Assembly (NCBI GenBank): GCA_049521795.1
Contig: JBEKOM010000004.1
Location: forward strand, 32,001-96,000
Reading direction: 5' to 3'
DNA length: 64,000 bases
DNA from: Candidatus Bathyarchaeia archaeon
GTDB taxonomy: Archaea > Thermoproteota > Bathyarchaeia > Bathyarchaeales > Bathycorpusculaceae
Below the pieces are notes generated by a model. It saw nothing but the letters and a program-made list of their open reading frames with translations. It was not told the DNA's origin and made no database searches. This document shows positions 39,798 to 48,467 of this stretch, piece by piece; the first letter of the stretch is position 1; each line of letters starts with the position of its first letter. A program made the position numbers and the translations under genes.

Positions 39798-40858
39798 TGT
39801 CAGGTTCGTATGGAACTTTCTCGACGAAAGAGGAAGAGAGAAGAAAAAGAACCGTCCCTGACCGGGTGCTGATCAGAAGGGTCTACGAGTACGCTCAAGC
39901 CCACAAACGAAACCTGCAAATCGGCGTTACCGCCACGATAGCCGGCGCCTTCACCGGCCTAGCTGCCCCCTACATGCACGCGATAGCTATCGACAGCATA
40001 ATAACGCCGAAAAACCTTTCGAGCTTCATATGGTGGATCCCCCTGTTCGCCGCCATCATTCTAGGCAACTATCTCTTCCAGTACATCCAAACCTATCAAA
40101 TGCGCATAGTGGGAGAAAAAGTGGTTGCAAAGATGCGGGACGACATGATGGAAAAACTGCAGGTCATCTCTCTCAAGTATTTTTCAGAAGGCGAAGCTGG
40201 GAGAATCATTTCCCGCCCGACCAACGACGCCAACACCGTCAGAATATTCATCAGAGTTGGACTGACGAGCATTCTGGTAGACATCTCCTCGATACTAGGC
40301 GCCTTCGCAATCATGTTCTTTCTTGACCTTCGACTGTCACTTCTGGCCATCTCGGTTCTGCCCGTGGCCATAGTGCTAGTCTGGTACCTCGGAAAATACT
40401 CAAGAGCTGCTTACAGGAGAACGCTAATCACGACTTCAGGGTTGACGGCAAGGTTACAGGAAGACTTGGCAGGCATGAAAGTCACCCAAGCTTACGCGCA
40501 GGAGAAAGAGACAGAAAAGAAGTTCCTAAAGAGTCAAGACGAAAACGTCAAGGCTACGATCAGAGCCATCCTCATAGGCTCGTCTTACACGCCGTTTGTG
40601 ATAGCACTGAGGCTGATCGGAACCATGATAATCCTGTTCTTCGGCGTCTACGCCTTGTTGGCCGGAACGATCACGTTAGGAATTCTCGTAGCCTTTATCG
40701 AGTACCAGTTCTCATACTTCATGCCACTGGTTGACCTTGTGACCATGTACGACCAGTACCAGTCGACGATGTCTGCGATTGAAAGAATGTTCGATGTGAT
40801 AGACACGAAAGTCGAAGTCGTCGACGCACCGCCTGAAAGGAGTATCGCGCTCCAATGA
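39797..40858 (+). CDS. ABC exporter second subunit, transmembrane domain (split from its ATPase domain)
   Basis: ABC TM domain pattern (G.IISR.TND, F.P...L...Y...Q....A.ER+F); stops where the NBD should continue. Confidence 0.8.
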   Translation: MSGSYGTFSTKEEERRKRTVPDRVLIRRVYEYAQAHKRNLQIGVTATIAGAFTGLAAPYMHAIAIDSIITPKNLSSFIWWIPLFAAIILGNYLFQYIQTYQMRIVGEKVVAKMRDDMMEKLQVISLKYFSEGEAGRIISRPTNDANTVRIFIRVGLTSILVDISSILGAFAIMFFLDLRLSLLAISVLPVAIVLVWYLGKYSRAAYRRTLITTSGLTARLQEDLAGMKVTQAYAQEKETEKKFLKSQDENVKATIRAILIGSSYTPFVIALRLIGTMIILFFGVYALLAGTITLGILVAFIEYQFSYFMPLVDLVTMYDQYQSTMSAIERMFDVIDTKVEVVDAPPERSIALQ

Positions 40859-41610
40859 TAGAAGAAGTGAGATTCGAAAACGTCAATTTCGCGTACGACG
40901 TCGATGTCCCAGTTTTGAAGAACATCAACTTCACTCTGAAACGCAACATGAAACTCGCGATCGTCGGCCAGACAGGCGCGGGAAAAAGCACGATAATCAA
41001 CCTGCTCGCAAGATTCTACGACCCAGGCGAAGGCAGAATCCTCATCAATGGACATGACATAAGAGACATCCCTCTTGCTTCCTTAAGAGGCCGCATAAGC
41101 ATAGTGCTGCAGGATTCGTTTCTTTTTTCACTTTCCATAAAGGAAAACATAAGGTTCGGGAAACTTGAAGCGTCAGACCAAGAAGTCGTGGACGCAGCAA
41201 AATCCATCGGTGCCCACGATTTCATAATGAAACTTCCCAACGACTACGACTACGTCATACAGGAAGGGTCTTCAAACATATCTATAGGTCAAAGACAACT
41301 CATAAGCTTCGCCAGAACACTACTCGCAAATCCCGAAATCTTGGTGCTGGACGAGGCAACATCCTCAGTTGACGCCTACACCGAACTGGTGATCCAAAGA
41401 GCCCTAAAGAGACTGATGCAAAACAGAATGACGATAATAATCGCACATCGACTCTCAACGATCAGACTGTGCGACGAAATCCTAACGATCGATCACGGCG
41501 AAATCGTGGAAAGAGGCACGCATGAACAGCTCATGCGCCAGAAAGGATTGTACAGCTCATTCTACAGACTGCAATTCAGAGAAGAAACAGGAACAGACAC
41601 ATCACAATAG
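40855..41610 (+). CDS. ABC exporter second subunit, ATP-binding domain
   Basis: GQTGAGKS, ISIGQRQL, LVLDEATSSVD, IAHRLST; ATGA overlap with the TM-domain ORF. Confidence 0.85.
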   Translation: MIEEVRFENVNFAYDVDVPVLKNINFTLKRNMKLAIVGQTGAGKSTIINLLARFYDPGEGRILINGHDIRDIPLASLRGRISIVLQDSFLFSLSIKENIRFGKLEASDQEVVDAAKSIGAHDFIMKLPNDYDYVIQEGSSNISIGQRQLISFARTLLANPEILVLDEATSSVDAYTELVIQRALKRLMQNRMTIIIAHRLSTIRLCDEILTIDHGEIVERGTHEQLMRQKGLYSSFYRLQFREETGTDTSQ

Positions 41611-41752
41611 TCGATGCGAACAGTCGAAGAGATAAGCCTGAGGCCGTGACAAATCAGATACCGCTAAGTTGAGTCATCCCAAAAACCCAGATTCATCAAA
41701 AACTACTTTTGTACGAATTTAGCAACAGCCTAGCGCGCTGCCTGGCGTCAGA

Positions 41753-41971
41753 CTATAAGCTTGGATTCGATTTAACCTTGAACTTAGAACGTTTGCCGCA
41801 ATGTGGACAATGGATGTAGCGGACACCAAAAAAACCAAACGCTCGTGTCGCGAGCTTGTGTCCATCATAGGTTACAGTAGAATAGTAGAGTCCACCTGGA
41901 CGAACGTGCGGCAATTCTTCGAAATCAAACTCTCCGCCACATTTTGGGCACTTTAAATGTGTGGTTAACAA
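41753..41971 (-). CDS. Small zinc-ribbon protein
   Basis: CPKCG ... CPHCG. Confidence 0.55.
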   Translation of the reverse strand: MLTTHLKCPKCGGEFDFEELPHVRPGGLYYSTVTYDGHKLATRAFGFFGVRYIHCPHCGKRSKFKVKSNPSL

Positions 41972-41995
41972 CTAATGAACAAACTCCAATAGCTG

Positions 41996-42292
41996 TCATC
42001 TCTGAGACGGCGGAAACAAGAATTTACGTTTAGTAAAAAACAGCACTGTGAATGCAATAAAGCATAGTGTACCAAAAAAAAGTTCTATAATTCCATCAGT
42101 TATTTCTTGTGCTGCCGTTGTTTCGCTGAAGTGAACAAAAGGACTACTATAATCGATCACTATACCATTCAGCCCATCTGAAAGTCTCCAAGAGCCTATA
42201 ATCAACAAAGTCATTCCCCCGAGAATTAATAAAACTGCTACCACAGGTCCCCATGAAGACGGATATCTGCGGTAATTGGGGTTAGTTGACAC
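41996..42292 (-). CDS. Small membrane protein
   Basis: Two hydrophobic segments in a 98-aa ORF. Confidence 0.5.
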   Translation of the reverse strand: MSTNPNYRRYPSSWGPVVAVLLILGGMTLLIIGSWRLSDGLNGIVIDYSSPFVHFSETTAAQEITDGIIELFFGTLCFIAFTVLFFTKRKFLFPPSQR

Positions 42293-42477
42293 AATAATCT
42301 GTAAGGCGATTTTTAATCATAAACCTTTGAGCTCACACGCACCTCGGACAACGCCGTCTGAGCCCTCTAGTTCATGCGAGCAAATTAAGTAGCCTAACTT
42401 AGCAGTGCCCGACAAATCGTAACGCATTTCAATTTGGGATATGAGGCAGAGCCCTTCCGCTTTTTCAAAGATCTATT

Positions 42478-42918
42478 TTAACCTTCTTCGGGAAGATAGC
42501 GAGGCGTCCACAAATATGCTAGAATGTCTCGTATCTCCTTATCCATGTAGTTTTCAAGGTTTCGGGCAACATCGTTGGCTGTCAAGACGCCGTGGAGGGC
42601 TCCTTCTTTAACCACTGCTAGTCTCCGGATCTTGTGTTTTTTCATTATCTTAGCTGCTTCTGTCAGGTCCGCGTTTGGATCGATGGTTACCAGGGGCGTC
42701 GACATTACTTCGGCGACTCTTACACTTTTCGGGTCAAGCCCTTTTGCAGCAACTTTCCAGGTCACATCGCGTTCAGTTACTATGCCAAACGGTTTGCCTT
42801 GCCGCAAGACAATAGCGCATCCCTCTTCTTTTTTGTACATGCTTAGAGAGGCTTCAGCTACAGACACGCCTTCTTCAACGGTGACTATGTTTGTTCTCAT
42901 AGCTTCGGCCGCCCTCAA
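42478..42918 (-). CDS. CBS domain protein
   Basis: GIVTERD, VM..PL.T, IRRL.VV...L.G+LT..D. Confidence 0.92.
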   Translation of the reverse strand: MRAAEAMRTNIVTVEEGVSVAEASLSMYKKEEGCAIVLRQGKPFGIVTERDVTWKVAAKGLDPKSVRVAEVMSTPLVTIDPNADLTEAAKIMKKHKIRRLAVVKEGALHGVLTANDVARNLENYMDKEIRDILAYLWTPRYLPEEG

Positions 42919-43024
42919 AAACTTCCCCTTCTTGCTGTTCAGAACAATTCGAATACATTCTTGTGAATCCTAATAATTAAACAATACTATGGCCAGCGCG
43001 CACGCTCCACTCTTGGTTTTTGCT

Positions 43025-43273
43025 TTATTCTCTCACTGGGGGCGGAATGGCTATCAAGGACTGTGTTCGGATTACGCCTTTCAATCGCTGGATTTTCTCT
43101 ATTATTTTTCCCAGGTCATCCATCTTGGGAAAATCCACTAAGGCTATTGCGTCGAATTGTCCTGTCACTGCATCCGCAGTCTTGACACCTTCAATTCTAA
43201 GCGCTGCTTCCGCAACACTCCACAGCTCACTGGCTTCCGTGCTCATGAGAATGTAGGCCTTCAAGACATTCAC
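43025..43273 (-). CDS. Stand-alone Lrp/AsnC ligand-binding domain protein
   Basis: AYIL, GVK.A..VTG.FD.IA, I..L.GV.RT.S pattern. Confidence 0.85.
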   Translation of the reverse strand: MNVLKAYILMSTEASELWSVAEAALRIEGVKTADAVTGQFDAIALVDFPKMDDLGKIIEKIQRLKGVIRTQSLIAIPPPVRE

Positions 43274-43380
43274 CTCAACGTGATCAACTTGGAAAGTCTT
43301 GGAATAAAAAGCTTAAGATGCTCCTCGAACAGCAATTACAGTCAGTTGCCAAAGCTTGCACGAGCGGTTCCCTCCCAATA

Positions 43381-44130
43381 TCAGCATCGATCTTTTCTTT
43401 CTTCCGCTCGAACGATTGCTGGAACCTCACGTAAGGACTTAATAACATAGTCCGCCTGGAAGCCTCTCCCTTCTCCGGGAGCTCGCTGGTTTTTATTCAG
43501 AATCTCCGGTAGGCTCCTGAAGAGATCGTTGGAGTCTGACTTCTCAAGGTCTCTTGTGACCATTATCGCTACGCCATTTGCACCTTTGGCAGCTAATACA
43601 TCAAGCATCAAGTCGCCCACAAGAAAGAAACGTGTAGCACCGAGTTTTCTTGCGGCCAGCAGAACGCCTTCAGGATCAGGCTTCAACCTCGTAACATCTT
43701 CCCTTGTTACCACAACATCGAAATACTCTTTCAAACCATGAATTTCAAAGACAACATCCGCCGCTCGTCTCGAAGTGTTAGTGACCAGCCCTATTTTCGC
43801 CCCGAGTTCTCGAAGTGTTTGCAATGTGGAAATAGTCTCGGGAAAAAGCCTTGACTTCCTTGCTGAATCCAGTTCGTAATGGTTGAGAAATGTCTCCATT
43901 TCTCGCCGGTATACTCTAGCCCTTTCTTCACCAAGATGCCGTTGAACGTATTCCGATGCAATGTTACGCATTATGGTGGCGCGTTTTATTCCTTCAAGTA
44001 CGGTTTTTGGAATTCCAAGATCAATGAGCTTCCGTCTCGTATCACGCCTGAATTCTAGTACGTGCTGGCGAACTGACCATGGAGTCTTAACCAGCGTGTC
44101 CTCCAGATCAAACAGTACCGCGACATTCAT
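43381..44130 (-). CDS. HAD-superfamily hydrolase (phosphoglycolate phosphatase-like)
   Basis: FDLEDTL motif I (atypical DxE), VTN, KPDP, VGD...D. Confidence 0.85.
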   Translation of the reverse strand: MNVAVLFDLEDTLVKTPWSVRQHVLEFRRDTRRKLIDLGIPKTVLEGIKRATIMRNIASEYVQRHLGEERARVYRREMETFLNHYELDSARKSRLFPETISTLQTLRELGAKIGLVTNTSRRAADVVFEIHGLKEYFDVVVTREDVTRLKPDPEGVLLAARKLGATRFFLVGDLMLDVLAAKGANGVAIMVTRDLEKSDSNDLFRSLPEILNKNQRAPGEGRGFQADYVIKSLREVPAIVRAEERKDRC

Positions 44131-44333
44131 GCTGTTTACACTAGTCCTGACATTCAGTTCATCCTCTTGCTTCTGCCATGGCTGCTATTAAGCTCCTGCC
44201 TTTTCACGTTTTCACGTTTTCGCTCGTAGCATTTGCTCATCAACTGGTCCAGCGGAGGGTTCAGGCTGAAAATCTCCGATGACACTTGTTGGGCGCATGA
44301 AACAGATTTAAGGTCAGAACGTCAGTTTGTTTT

Positions 44334-45026
44334 ATGCGCAGAGGCGCCTACTACGGAGACAAGCTTTCTGCGAGCAAATTGCTCAAATGTTACGAAGCGG
44401 CTACTCCCAGGATCAAGCAGTATCTTGAGGCGGAAATACAATTCGTCATTTCCAATATTCGTGATGCAAAATTGGTTCTCGAACTTGGATGCGGTTATGG
44501 AAGAGTCATGAGAGCCGTGTCTCCCTTCGTTTCCATGATGGTTGGCGTTGACATTTCGCGGGCAAGTCTGGAGCTTGCGAACACGTATATGAAACCTTGC
44601 GGAAACCATAGAATAGTTCAGATGGATGCATCTGACATGGCTTTCTCCCCCTGCATCTTCGACGCTGTATTCTGTATCCAGAACGGGATTTCTGCGTTTG
44701 GAGTGAACAGAAAGCGGCTCATCGCAGAATGCATAAGGGCAACGAAAGACGATGGGCTAATCCTGTTTTCCAGCTACTCGCCCAAGATATGGCAGGAGCG
44801 TCTCGACTGGTTTAGAAAACAGTCGCAGCTAGGTCTTCTTGGGGAAATTGATGAAGAGGCGACGCGCTGGGGAACCATAGTGTGCAAAGATGGGTTCACA
44901 GCCACCACAGTCAGCGGAGACCAATTCATTGAGCTTTTCAGCGAGTTTGGAGTGAAGGCCTCCATCATTGAAGTAGACGAATCCAGCATTTTCTGCAAAG
45001 TTATCAAAAGGAAAACCGACGTCTGA
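44334..45026 (+). CDS. Class I SAM-dependent methyltransferase
   Basis: VLELGCGYGR, GVDIS, MDA, FD.VFC. Confidence 0.88.
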   Translation: MRRGAYYGDKLSASKLLKCYEAATPRIKQYLEAEIQFVISNIRDAKLVLELGCGYGRVMRAVSPFVSMMVGVDISRASLELANTYMKPCGNHRIVQMDASDMAFSPCIFDAVFCIQNGISAFGVNRKRLIAECIRATKDDGLILFSSYSPKIWQERLDWFRKQSQLGLLGEIDEEATRWGTIVCKDGFTATTVSGDQFIELFSEFGVKASIIEVDESSIFCKVIKRKTDV

Positions 45027-45365
45027 GCGGGAGGAAGGGTTTGGTGCCGCGCCACACGTTACATTACTGAAGTCCTGCTACAAACAGGCCCGTCTTTACT
45101 GCTTATTTGCATCGTGGGTGGACTGCTACTTCTTTTTATTTTCGGGTATGAACGATTGGAAAGCAAAGCGTAGAGCACGCTAGCTCATTTGGAAGAGCGA
45201 GCTGTGCTTTGTCTTCAGCTTTTCCTAATCTTCTTTGAAGGGGCTTTCGAATACGACGCTTCTGACCTTGCAGTTCTGGCCTCAGTCATTGTTTGACGGA
45301 GTCAGCTTCCTTTCGATGTATCACATGCTTTCAGGCACAAAGTCTTAAAGATTGGAAGCGGTTTA

Positions 45366-47834
45366 ATGCGGGGCATGGAAGGCTCGAAGGGAGAGTCAAA
45401 GGGACTTTCTGAGGCGGAAGCTGAAAGAAGGCTCGAACAGGTTGGGCCGAACCAGTTTGTTAAACCCCTGAGGATAAGTTTCCTCGGCATCGCTAAAGAA
45501 GAAGTAGTTGAACCCATGATTCTGCTACTACTTGTCGTAGGTGTGCTCTACACGACCTTCACGTGGCCGAATCTGCAAGACGCCCTGACGATCTTCAGCA
45601 TTATCTTCGTGTTGGTTTTTGTGGAAATCTGGAACGAGTATCGCGCCAAGAAGGCCATATCTGCACTCTCTGAGCTTGCAGCTCCGAGAACGAGGGTTGT
45701 GCGGGATGGCAGGATAGTTGAAGTTGAAACTGAGAAAGTGGTTCCCGGCGACCTTTTGGTCTTCACCGATGGCACTCGAATTGCAGCTGACTGCAAGCTT
45801 AACGTGGCATATGACGTTCAAGTCGATGAGTCCGTTTTGACGGGTGAGTCTCTTCCCAGAGAGAAGGGAGTTGGGGACGAAGTTTACGCTGGAACATTGG
45901 TACTTTCTGGCGAAGGAAAAGGGGAAGCATACGCTACTGGCAAGAACAGTAGATTCGGAAAGATTTCAGCTATGGCGCAGGCGATTAAGCCTCCGAAAAC
46001 ACCGTTACAATTGGCAATGAAGTCGCTTTCGAAGACGCTTGCGTACGTTGCCATATTCTTCAGTGTGATCATCCCTGTTCTCGGCGTCGTCCGCTTTGGC
46101 TACCAAGACCTGGCTAAGGACAAGGATTTAATCTTAACCGGACTGGCACTTGCCTTTGCAGCCATCCCAGAGGAACTGCCAATCATAATCACCATGATAT
46201 TGGGATTGGGCGCCTACAGACTCTCACAGAAAGGTTTTCTAGTCAAGAAACTCAAAGCTGCCGAGACTCTGGGCGACGCAACCGTCATCCTTACTGATAA
46301 AACAGGCACGATCACTGAGAACAAGATGCGAGTTGCTCAGGTCTATCCTCGACAACAAGAAGCGAAAACGCTTGGTGCGGCAACCGCGGCGTTGACCGAA
46401 ATGTCACTGTCCCCCACCGACAAGGCGGTCCTTGAGAAAGCAGGCGAACTCGGAATCGCACGGAGTTTCGGAAGCGTTATTCGCGAACGCGGTTTTGAAA
46501 TCAACAAACGAACCAAAGCTGTCCTTCGCGCGAGAAACGGTGGTCTCATGCTTTCAACGATCGGAGCACCGGAGGAAATTCTTGACTCTGGAGACAGTGA
46601 TGGACCACTTGACGAAGAACTGAAAGAGGAAGCAGCGAAGGGAAGAAGAGTAATCGGCGTTGCAGAAAAAGCCGTCTCCACTGAAGAAGCAGACCTGCCA
46701 TTTTCAGAGTTGGAGGGAAACTGGGACTTCGCCGGTTTGATCTCGATTGAAGACCCTCCTCGTCAAGGCGTGAAAGAAACCATAGAGGCAATCGACAGAG
46801 CGGGAATACGAACGATCATGGTCACTGGCGACTATCCGCAAACAGCCGCCTACATCGCAACGAGCGTCAGCATCCCCTCAAAAAAAGTGCTCACTGGCGA
46901 AGACCTTCAAAGGCTTTCTGACGAGGATCTGCAGAAAGTCGTGAAGGAAACATCCGTTTTCGCAAGAACCACGCCCGAGGACAAGTATCGACTCGTGAAG
47001 GCGCTGCACGCAAACAACGAAGTTGTCGCAGTCACCGGCGACGGTGTCAACGACACATTGGCTCTCAAGGGAGCAGACGTCGGCATAGCGATGGGCGTCA
47101 AAGGCACAGACGCAGCTAAGGAAGCGGCGGATGTCATTTTGACTGATGATAATTTTGTAAGCATCGGGCACGCGGTTTTTGAAGGCCGCACTTTCTTTGA
47201 CAACCTGAGAAAAGGGCTCAAGTACTATCTGGCAATTAAAGCTGCACTGATCTCAATCTTCCTTTTGCCCCTTGCCCTGGGCATGCCTTTACCGTTTGCC
47301 CCAATCCAGATAATCGTCCTCGAACTTTTCATGGACCTCGCGGCCTCTGCCGGATTTGTCACTGAACCCGCTGAAAAAACGATTTACAGCCGAAAACCAA
47401 GAGACGCTAGAGCAAAGTTCCCTGATTCAAGAATGATAAAGGAACTAGCAGTCTCCGCGGCAAGCCTTTTCACGGCTGTGATGCTTGCATACTTCTATGC
47501 GCGTTGGCAGGGTCTTTCAACCCTTGAAGTACAGACTTTCGCCTTCTCAGCCTGGATGCTGGGGCACATAATCCTCGCCTTTGTCACACGTTCAGAAAAC
47601 GAACCGCTTTACATTCTAGGCCCCCTGTCAAACAAGGTGATGGACTTGTGGGCAGTTCTCGCTGTGTCATTCCTGCTCGTGGCAGTCGCCATTCCCTCAG
47701 TAGGTGTTCAACTAAGGCTTTCCACACTCTCGGCCGGTCAGCTTGGCATAATTTTCGCCTTCGCATTTCTCACTATCGTTTGGCAGGAAATTGCAAAGCT
47801 TCTGCTGTTCAAACGTAATCCGAAAAAGGAATGA
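45366..47834 (+). CDS. Cation-transporting P-type ATPase (P2-type)
   Basis: LTGES, IPEELP, DKTGT, MVTGD, TGDGVND, GAD+G+AMG. Confidence 0.95.
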   Translation: MRGMEGSKGESKGLSEAEAERRLEQVGPNQFVKPLRISFLGIAKEEVVEPMILLLLVVGVLYTTFTWPNLQDALTIFSIIFVLVFVEIWNEYRAKKAISALSELAAPRTRVVRDGRIVEVETEKVVPGDLLVFTDGTRIAADCKLNVAYDVQVDESVLTGESLPREKGVGDEVYAGTLVLSGEGKGEAYATGKNSRFGKISAMAQAIKPPKTPLQLAMKSLSKTLAYVAIFFSVIIPVLGVVRFGYQDLAKDKDLILTGLALAFAAIPEELPIIITMILGLGAYRLSQKGFLVKKLKAAETLGDATVILTDKTGTITENKMRVAQVYPRQQEAKTLGAATAALTEMSLSPTDKAVLEKAGELGIARSFGSVIRERGFEINKRTKAVLRARNGGLMLSTIGAPEEILDSGDSDGPLDEELKEEAAKGRRVIGVAEKAVSTEEADLPFSELEGNWDFAGLISIEDPPRQGVKETIEAIDRAGIRTIMVTGDYPQTAAYIATSVSIPSKKVLTGEDLQRLSDEDLQKVVKETSVFARTTPEDKYRLVKALHANNEVVAVTGDGVNDTLALKGADVGIAMGVKGTDAAKEAADVILTDDNFVSIGHAVFEGRTFFDNLRKGLKYYLAIKAALISIFLLPLALGMPLPFAPIQIIVLELFMDLAASAGFVTEPAEKTIYSRKPRDARAKFPDSRMIKELAVSAASLFTAVMLAYFYARWQGLSTLEVQTFAFSAWMLGHIILAFVTRSENEPLYILGPLSNKVMDLWAVLAVSFLLVAVAIPSVGVQLRLSTLSAGQLGIIFAFAFLTIVWQEIAKLLLFKRNPKKE

Positions 47835-47912
47835 GGGCAAAAAAATCACCATCTGCCATAACAAGCTATTTTCTCAAACGAGCCAGAAACTTGACCCCAC
47901 GGTGAAAAATGG

Positions 47913-48115
47913 TGGTGGGGCCGGCCGGATTTGAACCGACGACCTTTACCCGGAGACAGTGCTTTCGGCGCTGCTCCTACGGGTTTCTCCTGACAGCTCC
48001 AGAACCTCTTCATCCCCTTTTGAGGTCCGCAAACCCGTTAGCTACTTTCTGGAGCCCGTCGTCATACCTTAGCCGATCGATCAATCGGTCGATCGACTGC
48101 CTAGACTACGACCCC
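47913..48115 (-). tRNA. trnW: tRNA-Trp(CCA) with three introns (D-loop, 37/38, 43/44) and encoded 3' CCA
   Basis: Minus strand: GGGGTCG TA GTCTAGGC [hairpin intron ~48070-48098] AGGTATGAC G ACGGG CT CCA G [intron 47985-48048] ACCCGT [intron 47946-47978] AGGTC GTCGG TTCAAAT CCGGC CGGCCCC A CCA. Acceptor, anticodon and T stems all pair. Confidence 0.92.
47985..48048 (-). ncRNA. Intron-encoded box C/D-type guide RNA in pre-tRNA-Trp
   Basis: The intron contains guide ACGGGTTT + D'-like CGGA, C'-like ATGAAGA, and guide TTCTGGAGC complementary to the anticodon loop GCTCCAGAA. Confidence 0.7.
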
Positions 48116-48257
48116 ACGGCCACACTGAGAAGGACTTGCCAGATTTTAAATATATGCATTATTGCGTCAAGAACAGAATCTGTGCATATGCCAAAAATCC
48201 GAGAAGACATATCAGCCTGGAGCGATAAGCTTATGAGCATAGGGTTGTCGTCTAGTT

Positions 48258-48385
48258 TGGGGTTTGCCGGTCATAGGGCGCGGGTCCCACCTGATCCCAT
48301 ACCGAACTCAGAAGTTAAACCGCGCTCCGTTTCCGGCTGTAATTTGGTCTTCGGCCATGTGAACCCGGAAAAGCTGGTAACCCCA
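48258..48385 (+). rRNA. rrf: 5S rRNA (unlinked from 16S/23S)
   Basis: GCCGGTCATAG...CACCTGATCCCATACCGAACTCAGAAGTTAA conserved core; terminal pairing TGGGGTT/AACCCCA. Confidence 0.93.
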
Positions 48386-48467
48386 CTTCAAAACAGTCCA
48401 CGAATTTGGAGGAAAATTACCCAAAACTTATAACTGAGCATCTATAGTGTGTTCGAAAGGTGAGTTC

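Noticed and set aside
47893-48119. 10-bp direct repeat GACCCCACGG flanking the tRNA-Trp gene (47893 and 48110) as an att site
   Set aside because: It matches the tRNA 5' end and leader rather than the 3' end, is short, and no integrase is nearby; probably chance.
47909-48433. 174-aa ORF from the ORF track
   Set aside because: It overlaps the tRNA-Trp and 5S rRNA genes; spurious.
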